Shown here one piece after another: positions 27,214-38,943 of a stretch of 64,000 bases of DNA. The position numbers and the translations under genes are program-made. The notes below the pieces were generated by a model, which worked only from the letters and a program-made list of their open reading frames with translations, was not told the DNA's origin and searched no databases. The DNA lies in NCBI GenBank assembly GCA_964304625.1, contig OZ199839.1, positions 5,138,698 through 5,202,697 on the forward strand. Direction: 5' to 3'. The stretch is from Kudoa neothunni (Eukaryota > Animalia > Cnidaria). Each line of letters opens with the position of its first letter. Positions within the stretch are counted from its first letter, which is position 1.

Positions 27214-27769
27214 CGTCCAAGCCACATCACTTGGATGCCGACCAAATAATCAATTATGAATTCCTATATGAATAATAATTGGATTGCTTATTATAAAAAA
27301 ATAATTGTAATGCAAATTGAACATTGAATTTTCTCAAAATCACACTCTCAAACCATCAAACACTGCGTGTTAGTTGTCTGTAATTAATCCATCGTGTTCG
27401 CCTCCACTTTTCAAAAAACACTGTCGTCGCAACAGTAGCAGCACATATTTTTTTTTCTTCTGTGCCACACTGTTGTTGGTAAAGATAGGGAAGTGAGCCA
27501 CACACGGTCGCTACTGCAATTCAAACATTGTACACAAACAATAAATAGGAACCGGCTCAATTCAATTTATCAAATACACACAGAATTCTCACATCAAAAC
27601 TTACATTTTCTTCAATTTCAAACTCCTAACATTATAATTACCGGATCTCATTTTGTACATATAACCTTAATCAATATCATTAATCGTATGTGCTATTGAT
27701 TGTATTGTGTTAATATATCTGTGTTGAAGCATAAACGAATTACGGGGTTAAATTAATGGATTAACTAAC

Positions 27770-27790
27770 GCAGGCAGGCAGGCAGGCAGA
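27770..27790. repeat. Short (GGCA)n microsatellite
   Basis: GCAGGCAGGCAGGCAGGCAGA. Confidence 0.7.
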
Positions 27791-28505
27791 CAGGTGATGA
27801 TTGGTTTATGCCTCATCGCTTTCATTCAAGGATTTTTAAGTCTGTGATTCCTTAGTCATGCATGAAGTTGACTTTTTTATGTTAGGCAGAAGCTCCAGCA
27901 ACTTTTGAGTACGTTTTTAACCCCTGGCGTATTGCGGCATTGCGTGCGAGGAAGTAACGCGCGTGCCAGAATGGAGCACTTGTCTTATCAAGTGGTAAAA
28001 TTGTATTATTGGCAGGCCTTTTATTACTTCAAACCCGTCGATATTAAAGGGAGTTGAACAAACTTAAGATCGGGAAGATTTAGGGGATTCCCTAATGTGT
28101 AGAATGTGGTTATTGGCTGACCAATAAGGTGAAGCCGTGTGAGTATAAGAGTAATGGTGATTATGTAGTCTGTAACTCCAGAAAATATCCCATTTGCGCA
28201 TTTTTATTCCCAAATTTTTTTCACGATTGTCTTTTTCGCTCAAATACTATCGGGATCAAAGATTTAACTAATGAAATCAATTTCTAAATTTGATTAAATT
28301 TCGATTCTTACTGATTTTCTCCGCGTGTTATCCCACTGTGTAAGGTAGGGACATGTGTTGATAGTTGATGTTTTATTGCAAATGTTATAATCCGTTTGTG
28401 GTTTATATTTTTTGTCGCCTTTTTATTTATTTTCGGGGTTTCCTAATTTTATGAGGAAAAATTATATTTTCGTACACAAACGGTAATGAAGTTTTTGCAG
28501 TTTAA

Positions 28506-30600
28506 CCCTTTAACGATCCAAAAAACGTATACCTCGAAAACTTTTGGAGTGTTTAAACACCTCACTTTTCTACCACATGATAGTACTTAGATCAATCGAA
28601 TGATCATAATTTTAGAATAATACAAAAATCGCCGGCAGAGAACAAAGGAAAATACGCGTTGGCTTTGAGCACTAAATCTTTTCGTAACAATATCGGCAAG
28701 TGTTCGCAAAATATCGTTGGATATTATCAGTCAACTTAATGTTTATAAATAGACTTTTTGTGAAAATAATTGACTCGAAACAAGTATTAATGAAAATATA
28801 GAAAAACAAACAAAAATATCTTTATTTATTGCGACTAAAACAAGTAATTGAGGAGTGATCTAAACAATAATATCTGTAACAACTCTGGGACCATTTATTA
28901 TTTTTTTATTTTAACTTCGCTCACAGTGCCCACATCTGGATTATTTGGAGATCATAGGTGGATTCTTTTTCGAATAGAGGATTTTCTTAGACGTTTTCTT
29001 GATGACTTTATTTTCGGACGAATTTTTTATCAATAAGGGATTATAAAGTTCTTCGGTCATCTGTTTCAAAAAATTATGCCTAATTGTTGTACCATCATTA
29101 AAATTATCCTTAAATGATGCAAATGCGTTGACTAGAGATAAATCCGCCACGTTAAAAAACACTATTAGAGGTCAGCTCCTTGTGAATCTGTGTACAGAAA
29201 ACGACGCTAACGCCCCAACGATGTTATCGACTCCCCTTTTGTTTCGTTATAATTTAGAATCACTTGAGGCTTACATTTAGTTGACTCATTGCTAATAGAA
29301 TCATCAGTAGTACCACTCGTCAATAGAATTACCGCTTTCGACTGATTACAAACATAAGACGTCAGCATGAATTTTTCGTAATACTTGGAAGTACTACTAT
29401 AGAGGGTTCTTTTTCTTGAGAGAAGACAAGGGGGAATAACGAAAAAAATTGTCTGCTACAACATTCCCATCTGAATAGAATAGTGGTGTTGACAGCGTAA
29501 GGACTACACTTTCACCGAATTTGCATTGTCGAATGGTTTTGTAGTTATTTCTTCCGAGGTATATGTTATGATCCCAAAGGACACCATTACGATAAAGTCC
29601 GTATGATCACACCCAAACAGCTGGGCGTGTTGACGTCTACCAACATTAATTAATCATCGTTATTATAATTGGGACGATAGTAGTAAAACTCCTATATTAA
29701 TACGTTCTCTATTATTTCCATTCAGCTAAACTATTGAGTTGCTATTCTCGCGCTATACTAACAGTATATATATATATATATATATGCGTATATACTGATG
29801 TTACAGATATAGTTTGCCACTGGATCAACTAATAGAAAAAATTTTAGGCCATACTTTGCCGGTTTCATCGACATGTAGTGTCGGAAAGGGCATATTCTCA
29901 TGAACAAAACAAGTTGCTCGTCTACGGTTGCATCATGATTCGGAAAAAAACATCTGAGTAAGAAATCAATCCATTGATTCCATACATCACGGACTCACGG
30001 AGTGGGAAAATTTTGTCAACTTTTTCTTGTTCCAATCGTGTATTAAAATTATCGAAATGGAGTGCTCGAGTGGTTCGAGTGAATTAACGAAGTGAAAAAG
30101 CCTTCTGTATATTCCCTTTCCTTCTTTTACACTGAAGAGATCACATAAAGGCTCTTGTCGGTCTTTATTAGTATCCATCAATACGAGAAGACCAAGGTAA
30201 CTTAAATTCCACACCGTCTGAATCCATCCAGTCTTCTTTAAAATGGTGTACTCCAAACATGTTGATAAATGAAATAATTTGATTGTAAATATCATTGTTG
30301 AAAAATAGAAGGAAGCAATCTAGCAAGCATGTTATCTTGGCCGTCACATTAGCTGTAGCTTCAGATAAAGAAATCATGTTTTCTTGGCATGTTTTAGTTT
30401 TAGGCAGCTTGGATAATCTCCATATAATTCTGCATTTACTTGTTAACGTGTTGCTGTGTGCTTCCGGAATTCCAGCTTCATCGTCAGTAATTTCATCCTC
30501 TTTTATAATTTGATCCTCGAATTCGCTACCAGATGAACATAAATCGTCACTATACTCACTAAGACCGCTCATTTCAGTATTACAGTAAGAAACCAATTAC
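28506..30600 (-). mobile_element. Decayed piggyBac (one end seen; transposase pseudogene ~28870-30572)
   Basis: TTAA|CCCTTTAACG terminus. Minus-strand motifs: acidic N-terminus, TVDEQLV, MKPAKYGLK, ADNFF, YNET..GVDN. The other end was not found. Confidence 0.85.
29564..29763. mobile_element. Solo-LTR-like insertion (200 bp) in piggyBac transposase
   Basis: TGTTA...TAACA termini with 5-bp TSD GTATA; it interrupts the transposase frame at NYICNISIY / IYLGR. Confidence 0.7.
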
Positions 30601-30649
30601 ACGTAATCCCGTCGGGGACAAGAAGAAAATGCGTCAGATAGATCACGTC

Positions 30650-31499
30650 CAGGGTGCCCAATGAGATTATCAGAAAAACCCCAAGATTCGGCAAAAATAC
30701 CAATTTCACAAGGGAAACAATAATAATATAATAAAATTTTTTATTTTAAACGTGTTTTCCAATTATTGTCGTCGATTGAATCGTCTTCACAACTTCACAA
30801 CCTCCAGCTAACAAGTAATATGTTTGATCTATTTTTCAAGCGTTCAAGGTATCGTCGGCTCGCGACACCGCTGCTCACATCATGTATTAGTTTATTTGTT
30901 GGATGCGATATCAAACACGTATTATTATTTCTTCTGATCAACTGCTCTGCTCTGCGAGAAGTTTACATTTTACAGTTTCAGCCTTTAATGAGTTGATTTA
31001 TTTAGTTTCTACTGTGTTAATTAATGAAAAATTCCGTTCAACATTTTCAGTAGCTGGAATTTCTGTCCTTAAGATCATGATTAAGCCAGTATTTAAATTC
31101 TACTTTTAACCAATCTTCATTGAAGCACATATTGTCCTACGCTCTCTTTGAGATCCATTTGAATTTTCACACATACTTTAAAATAATAATACGTCAATAA
31201 CTTCAAAATGTGTTACTAACAAAAACTAGAAAATTTTAAGACAGCGTTGAAATATAATCACGGGATAATAAGAACAATTGATTAAACAACAATTATATAA
31301 GGATCAGGAAACAGTGCGTTGTCGACGACTGTGATATCTTTTTAAAATTTCGAATAATTTAATCTCTCCATTGCTAAAACAATATATATGATTATTCTAC
31401 CTAATTCTAAAACTTACTATTTATAAATTGGTCTCAAAGAATTCAATAATCTACAAGTTTTGTAAATAAACAAAAAAAACCCAAGATTTGGACGCCCTG
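30650..31499 (-). mobile_element. Non-autonomous hAT remnant
   Basis: TIRs CAGGGTGCCCAA / TTGGACGCCCTG. Minus-strand ATENVERNFSLIN..NSLKAETVK resembles the hAT C-terminal dimerisation motif. The 8-bp flanks differ only by transitions. Confidence 0.6.
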
Positions 31500-31504
31500 G
31501 CCAT

Positions 31505-32442
31505 GCCCAATTTCATGCACGTGCGTGCACAATTTTTTCAGAAAAATTGACATTTAATATTAAGTTGCGTTTAAAAAGTCCAGTTAACTATATATTAATT
31601 TTTAAAAGATAATTAAAACTCGAAAAAACGTGTCAACAGCACAAACATATTTTTCAACGATCTATGAAATACTTCCCTTGTTGCTATCGATAGATTATGG
31701 CAGTTTCGTCTGCATTGTAAATAAAATTTTCAGAGTATCGTTTAAAAGATGTTCTGATTTGATTGATCTACTTCGAAGTAGTTTCTGGCGTAGCATTAAC
31801 GGACTAATTAATAAAATTTGATTTTTAAATGATGGACCTCTTTTAAAACGACGAAACACTCTCTGAATTGCACTTAAAGGTAAACCCTCTTCTCTGACTA
31901 ATTGATTTCTCTTGATGATTATCGTGACGACGTTTACTACAGTCTTTTTGCTTCGTGTCCACCCAATCCACTCATATACGTTTTCATCAACAGAATTAAA
32001 TTGTCCTGCATGTAAATATTTTCTATTTTTAGATTCTAAAAACATTTGTAGGTTTTGATTATTTTATTTTCCATCTCTAGTATGCCGTTAGGAGTCTACA
32101 TAATAGATATTTTAAAACGTGATACAGTGGCAGTTTTTGAGTCATAAGATTGGGGACTATCATAATAATAAGTAATATTGTACTTTCCGGAAGTTGGTAT
32201 AGTTATAGCATTTTTTGGCAATAAATATTGACTTAACTAAATAGTAAACAATAAGTACCCGAAAAAAGTGCGTGAAATTGGTCAATCACATGGCTTTTAG
32301 CCACGTTATTTAGCAACTTTTTAAATTAATTTTTGTAAAAATTTGGATTGAAATGTTATAAGAAACATATTATATAAACAATGACCAATCAATATTCCAA
32401 CTAAATAGGTTTTTAAAAAATGCGTGAAATTGGTTATTTCTG
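31505..32442 (-). mobile_element. pogo/Tigger-like remnant
   Basis: ORF 31695-32045 (RKYLHAGQFNSVDENVYEW..RSKK..RVFRRFKR) resembles a CENP-B-type HTH. TGCGTGAAATTGGTTATTTCTG|TA end is matched by inverted CCAATTTCATGCA at ~31507. Confidence 0.65.
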
Positions 32443-32639
32443 TATCAAATATTTAGGGCGTGTACATCTATTATATTAGATAACTATGGCGCGAGCGAAT
32501 GTATTTTATTACTTTACGAATCTCAAGATTTTGGAATAACTACAGGTTTCATGTCACTACTATTGCACATACTTAATAAATATATTTATTTATATTTTGT
32601 TATAAGGTAGTTTTTATCTAAATTTTTATTTATTAGGAA

Positions 32640-35286
32640 TCTATATATATATATATATATAATCCTTTGCCTGTCCATGCGTCCACAAGTACGCATTTGC
32701 CAAGGAGAAACTTTTTTTAAATACAGCTTTTAGTTCGCATTTGAATAGATGATACCATTAATAAAAATCATTCATTTACTTATACGTACAAATATAATCA
32801 ATATCGTTATCAGAAGTAAGGAATTTTTTGGCTGTTTTCATCAATTACTAGATTAAAAGGTACCTGAATAATATTGATGTTTGTTTACTTCAGAGTGATA
32901 CTCAATTAGAAAAAAACTTTTACCTACTGCATACAAAGACAATCTGCTCATTGTGATTTATAATGTTTCAAAAATATTACATATGCCTGCTGGGAGTAAT
33001 TTTAAGACATAAAACCATTAACACTACATTTACAATAGTTGTTGCATTCTCTTTAAAATTTGAAGAATAACCGGATTATTTAGCATGTATTTTCATTTTT
33101 CAAGCGTTATAGATGTAGTTAAGAGAAAAAAATTATGCTTATTTTAAATAAAACACATAATTCGAGAATAAAGTTGTTGTCATGTCGGAGTAATTTGGAT
33201 CTCTATATGCATTCTAAAAACGATGTAAGAAGTGAGTAGAGTTTTCAAATAATTAAATTTTTGTGATACCTGTTAAGAGTGCTGATAAAAGAGACTATAT
33301 TTCAAACAAACGCACTACTATCGATAACTAACTAGTCGTTGTTGCCGCGCGTGCGCCACACACATAACAATACCTTCTTAAACGAAAATTATACTTCATT
33401 GGAATTCCTGAGATGTGAAAATTTCTTTTAATCAAACATATCGATTGAGATTGAAACAATATTTGTCTTTCGATAAGTTTTTACTCATTTTTTGGTTTTG
33501 CCAAACTTTCTTGAAAGATAGCTGGAATCACTAACTCGATAAGTTTCTATATTTGATGAGACAATTTTTAAATAGTGTTTAAATTCTTAATAACCTAATT
33601 ATTCCTTACCCCAAATCTTAAGGTTAATATTCAAACCAATATATAATTTTCTATTCGTTAAAAATAATTCATTATGATATAAAAATTGCATGAAAGTATG
33701 CGGCACCTCATTCTATATGTAGTTTAAGAACTTATATTCACGATTATTTTTGCGAAGAATACGGTCCGCTCTCAATACGTGTCACTTAAGTTAATAATAA
33801 ATTATTGTTCGTTCGATCTAACCGATATTTTCACAAAGTTTTTGTTAAACTAAGAATAGATCAATGCGAAGAAATTTTTGTAGACCAATTAAACAGTACG
33901 TTTATTTTTAAAGGGTGCATACCTTTGAGAAAACCAGTTGATATTTAAGCATTACTGTAATTTTTCAAACCAGAAACACTTTTACATTTTAGATTTAATC
34001 GTATTTTGATGATTAAATTTGTATATTTTTGAATCAGTTTGTATTTTTGTCAAAAAGGAAGGTTTTCTTTATTTGAAAATTGGGAAATTATGTTAAAATA
34101 GTGAATACGTAAGTTACCACTCACAGATTATTAAAACCTCATTAACATCCTTTATATATATAAAGGAGGACTGTCGGTATGTTTGTGTGTGTATGCCCTT
34201 AATTACGCATGTGGGGATAATTTTTTCCTTATAGAAAGCCATATGTAAAATTTTTATGAATTTGTGATATTTAAAAAAATCGTTTAATTGTTTTCGGACC
34301 ATTAAAGTTTCCAAAACGTATTTATGAAATAGAGATTTTGTCGATTTAAAAGTGTTTATCGGATTACATGAGTTCAGCTATAGGGTTAGCGCTTGCTTAT
34401 GTCATGGTGGTGGCCGGCTGAAGTTAACTATCTCCCTTATATACTCTATCATATGTTAATTGAACGATGTCGTCTGTCTTTACGTATAAGATTTGTGCGT
34501 TTATTTTGTTGTTTGCTCAAAAAATTCTTTATATCGGGAGTTTTAATGTAATTGACTTGATAAACACATTTTGAAGGCTCTATTAGTGGATTTAGATACG
34601 AAAAAATGTCAATATTTGCATTATTATTTAGTTGGTTATGCGTGTTATAATCATATAGGTTGAAGCATTATAACACAAGTACCGTGTCCGTAGATTTCAT
34701 TGAAACCGTCTGTTATGATGATTTTTCAGTGATTCAACTCAGTGCAGATGGTTGTATGGTTACTTCATCCGATTATTTAAATTATTTGTTAGGAAAAGCG
34801 CATTAAAGTTTTCGCGGACCAAAGGATATTAATTTTAGCAATATCAATTAATTTTCATACGTTTTCCTCTATCTCGATTACTTTTTCTGTTTTTTTGTCC
34901 TTTCGAAGGTTAGTCATGCACATATTTTCCGAGCTGAGCCAGAATTCGACTTTAAAAATCTTCCGGACCAAAAAATAACATATCATAATACACTTTAAGA
35001 GAGTTTAAATAGTTAAGGAACGAAAATAAATGAGATACTGACCTTATATTTGCTACCGTTGGTGGGGGGACGAGAAATTATTAATTAAAAACCGGGATTG
35101 ATACACTCCTGCACAGAAATGATCATGATTTAAGTTTCGAATTCAACATCGACAAAGTATGATGCTTTAAAAAAATTAGTTTGACTGCTTCTATAAATCA
35201 GTTTGTAACATAATATTTTTTGGATGTTATTAAAAAATTTTTCTATGCGAAATCTTCCCCAAGCAACGCTGGGAAGTTCGCGCTAG
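32640..35286 (+). mobile_element. Composite non-autonomous Helitron (module 32640-34147 plus unit 34148-35286)
   Basis: A|TCTATATATA start, second TCCTTTATATATATAAAG start at 34148, 3' hairpin CTTCCC-CAAGCAACGCT-GGGAAG and CTAG|T. Homologous to 19231-23885 (inverted) and to 55931-56770. Confidence 0.8.
33271..33369. mobile_element. 99-bp solo-LTR-like insertion
   Basis: TGTTA...TAACA with 5-bp TSD ATACC; absent from the paralogous Helitron copy at ~23250. Confidence 0.65.
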
Positions 35287-35299
35287 TTGATTATATTAG

Positions 35300-35370
35300 A
35301 GAACTTTTGGGGTTCCGCGGGACCCCACGCCGGGACGATTGTGATTTTTTGGCGTACAGTCTCGGGAGGG
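35300..35370. mobile_element. Isolated piggyBac terminus
   Basis: GGGGTTCCGCGGGACCCC subterminal motif and GTCTCGGGAGGG|TTAA, similar to the end at 15660. Confidence 0.65.
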
Positions 35371-35374
35371 TTAA

Positions 35375-36680
35375 TGATGCTGTGAATATCTAGGATGAGT
35401 CTCTTTTCATGTTCACCAAGAAGCGCTACGAATCTTTCGTTTTCTCCATCATGCACGGAGCACAACCATTACATTCCGAAAAAAGTTTGTCCATCGATAG
35501 GTTTTTTCTTTAGGAAACTTAGTGAAGGGTGAATAAATTCTCCCCTTTGTTATCCCTGTTATGTATTAGAGAAAGGACACGTATCCAAACCAACAAATAA
35601 TACTAATCACTAATAAGGTCCCATGTTCACGTTCGGACACCGCCATGTCTAATAAGGAAATATAACAAACACTTTGTTCGTCATATTCCCCTTACAACAG
35701 TCCCATGAACAGAAAAATTTCATGCGTTTCCTCTGTAATGTCTCATCGGCAACGTAACTTACAAACACGCTGAATTGGTATAATTTACGTCCGTTAACTT
35801 TTCCAAAGAGAGAGAAAAAACGGTGTGGCATTTATATTCTTCATTTGCATTGTCTCAATTTGATTTGATATCATGAAGGCGAAATCGTGAACGGTTCTTG
35901 CTGGCAGAGGTATGTTTTTTATTCGTCGAATTAACTTTGCTTTATCCGAGAAGTGGTATAATAATTCATTGGAAACATTAAGCCTAAATGCTTTAGCATA
36001 CTCCCTATCTGTGAATGACTCTCCAATCGCTCACAACTGCTAAAGCATCATCAAAGTTAGTTGAATTCCAGTCATCTTGTTAAGTCCAAACACGGAATGA
36101 CTGTTGACTAGTTTGCATTCCTTATATGCTTTTCCCCTGTAGGATATATTGCTGTAAATGTAATATAACATGTGTCGAAGTGCCGATTTGTATTTAACCG
36201 TGTCGTAGATTAAATTTTTTCGTTGCAAATAGACACACTGTATAATTTGCTCTCCCCACAAAGGCAAATTCTTCTGTTTATTCCTGTTAAAAATTACAAT
36301 AATACTCGTCAACTTTACTTTTAATCATCTTCTCAACAAAATTTTTAAAATTAATTAGCTGACAACGCGATAAAAAAGAGGAAAGTTTACTCTCTCATCT
36401 CACGAAAAGATGTTGTGCGAACTTTATTGCATATACACACATCTGCTCGTATTTTCGAGAACAAAATACGGCAACTCCACTTGAATAATGTCTCTGCCTT
36501 GCTTAAATCCTTGATAGATAGACGCAACATATATTTTTGCCATTTAATCATTGAAATTATTGCTGGCTGGCTTTCTAGTCTAGTCTAGGCTAGTTACCGT
36601 ATGGCATACGCGCAAGGAGTATAACGAAATATATTTTTTAATTGAAAATTTTTCTGCGAGCCATAGGTTCTTGACCCCTG
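35375..36680 (-). mobile_element. hAT (Buster/GTF2IRD2-like) transposase remnant with one TIR
   Basis: GGTTCTTGACCCCTG end at 36680. Minus-strand ESFTDREYAK, IPLPARTV..FFSLSLEKLTDV, CAPCM.G..FVALL..IHSII; truncated at the TTAA of the piggyBac end. Confidence 0.75.
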
Positions 36681-36894
36681 CTCTATTAGAGTTGTATTTA
36701 ATGCACAAGATTTTTTCATATTGACATTTCGACATAGGCGTTTAGTCAATTGACTTTTAATCGCATATCTTTAACGTTTATTAAATATATTTATTTTTAT
36801 AATAAAGAGAGATGTTCAAATATTTGCTATATGAGAAATAAGATATTTTCTTTAATATTATAAAAGCAACATGCTAAATTAATTGGATTTCCTT

Positions 36895-37590
36895 TCAGAG
36901 ATTATTGATGAACCTTCGTGGGTATGTGTATCTTCTTATCAAAAGGTACGATAACATAACAACTAGTGAAATAATAATAGCAAGAATCAATAGTCCAGCT
37001 ATTATCTTAAAACAATTCTTGTATCCTTTTGGTATTTTTAGGTCGCTTTCAGCGAACCTTAATGCAATAGTTGATGTAGATATAGTAGATTCGTCGGTAA
37101 TGTCCGTTTTAGTCAAGCTGTCCCACTCTTTCGAATGTATTATTGATATTTCCGAATTTATTGTTGTCATGGATATGGCGATAATTTTTGATGGTGTAAT
37201 ATCAGTCACTGATAAGTGTATCGATGTAGTTTTAATGTCAGATTCTTGAGTAAAGGTAGTTCCCATCGAATCCTCGTAGCTTTCGAGAGGTGATAATTTA
37301 GTTGTTTCAGTTCTAACATAAGTTTAATACGTTATTATAAAATTGTTTGAACCTAATTATTTCTTGATCTAGGGGAGCTATTGAACCAAAGGCTGGGTCG
37401 ATAAATATGTAATGGTAGTGTTTAAAAATTGGGGTGTATGTTCTAGATAAAGAAAATTATTGATATCAATAACACAGTTACATCCTTATAAAATTTATTA
37501 ATAATTGTTCATTTTTGGATGAGATTTCATTTAGCAGTGTATATATAATAATAAAATGAAAACATCTGGAGAACGATTTGGTCCTCCTCT
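36895..37590 (-). CDS. Unassigned single-pass membrane protein with Ser/Thr-rich stalk (5' structure unresolved, may be partly decayed)
   Basis: Three exons splice in frame through GT-AG introns into ORF 36895-37266. Thr/Ser-rich region, TM segment IIAGLLILAIIISLVVMLSYLLI, basic tail RRYTYPRR. Confidence 0.55.
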
Positions 37591-38943
37591 AAATAAACAT
37601 GAAGTAAGAAAATGATGTGTTCATTTTATCGGAAAGGGGGGGGGGTATGTCATCTAGATTATGTTGTAGTAAAATTCATTGCGCGTATATGAAAAATCAA
37701 TAACGTATGTAAACACACAACTACTATTATGCAAGCCCCCACTATCTAACGTGTATATATTTCGTGTGCTTATAGGTATTTTCATTTATGGGATAACTAT
37801 TATTCCACATATGATGTGCGGCCTTCAACAGATTATAATTAGGGATAGTAGTTTTCGACATTTATTTTGATTGATTCAGTAACGCGCAAGCGTGAATGTT
37901 TAAACACTTTTAAATTAAAAAAATTTGGAACCAGCTCCCCCACACGACTTTTTCATCAAATAAAGATAGCAGGAGAGCATCGAGAATAATAATAGAAACT
38001 AAAATTTTCACAATTTTGTCCTTTTTTTCTCTCTAAAAAAATAACCGGCAGAGAGAGTAGTGCCTTGAAACGCTTTTTAACGATGTTTCATTTAATGTAT
38101 TTGCTTGCAAATTCTACTTTGTTGTGGAGATAATTTCATATTTAAATATTTAGAGGGTTACTCATTTTCCACCATCGCTATATCGATCCATTCAACAAAA
38201 AATATCATTTTCTCTCCAGTTATCACTCCTTTTGAGTTATTCGGAAGATTCCTAATTTTACCGGAAAACAAACGGGGGGGGGCTTTTTTAAAAATTCGAT
38301 TATTAAAATCGATTTTTATCGAAAACTACGATCCCCAATTATAATCTTATACATGAGGATCACATTTGTTAGATTTAGGAAAGATATAATTAAAAAAAGT
38401 TGTATAGAAATATTTTAATACTTGGAATCGACTTAAAAGTTTTTTTATTAAATGAAATTATAATTTCTAATCTTACTAATAAATTGTTAAAATAATACAA
38501 CTTAAAAAAATACAACCATATTATCTTTCAACTAGAGATAAAAAATATATTTATTTCATAATTTTAATTATAACGAATTTTTTTATTCATTCAAAATATT
38601 TCTAATCATTATTTAAAGTTATTATGTAAAATTTGTTAGGTAATTATTAAATTTTTTCTTCATTTATGTTTATTATTGATTCAAATAAAATACAAACATT
38701 AGAAAAATTTTCTGACGAAAAATTCATCATAAAATAAGAAAACATGAAATTTAAATTAATCTCTCAAGTGTACATACGAAACAACGTTGTGAAAATTCTA
38801 CTGATTCCAAACTTGTAATTTTCAATACACAATTAATCTTTCCATTTTATCGTTAAAATCACTACGAATTTTATTGGTAAATACAAAAGTTAAAATATAA
38901 TTTGTATATAATAAGCATCAAAAAGAAAAGACAATTAAATAAA

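Noticed and set aside
28506-35370. One piggyBac spanning both observed termini
   Set aside because: The terminal and subterminal sequences do not match each other.
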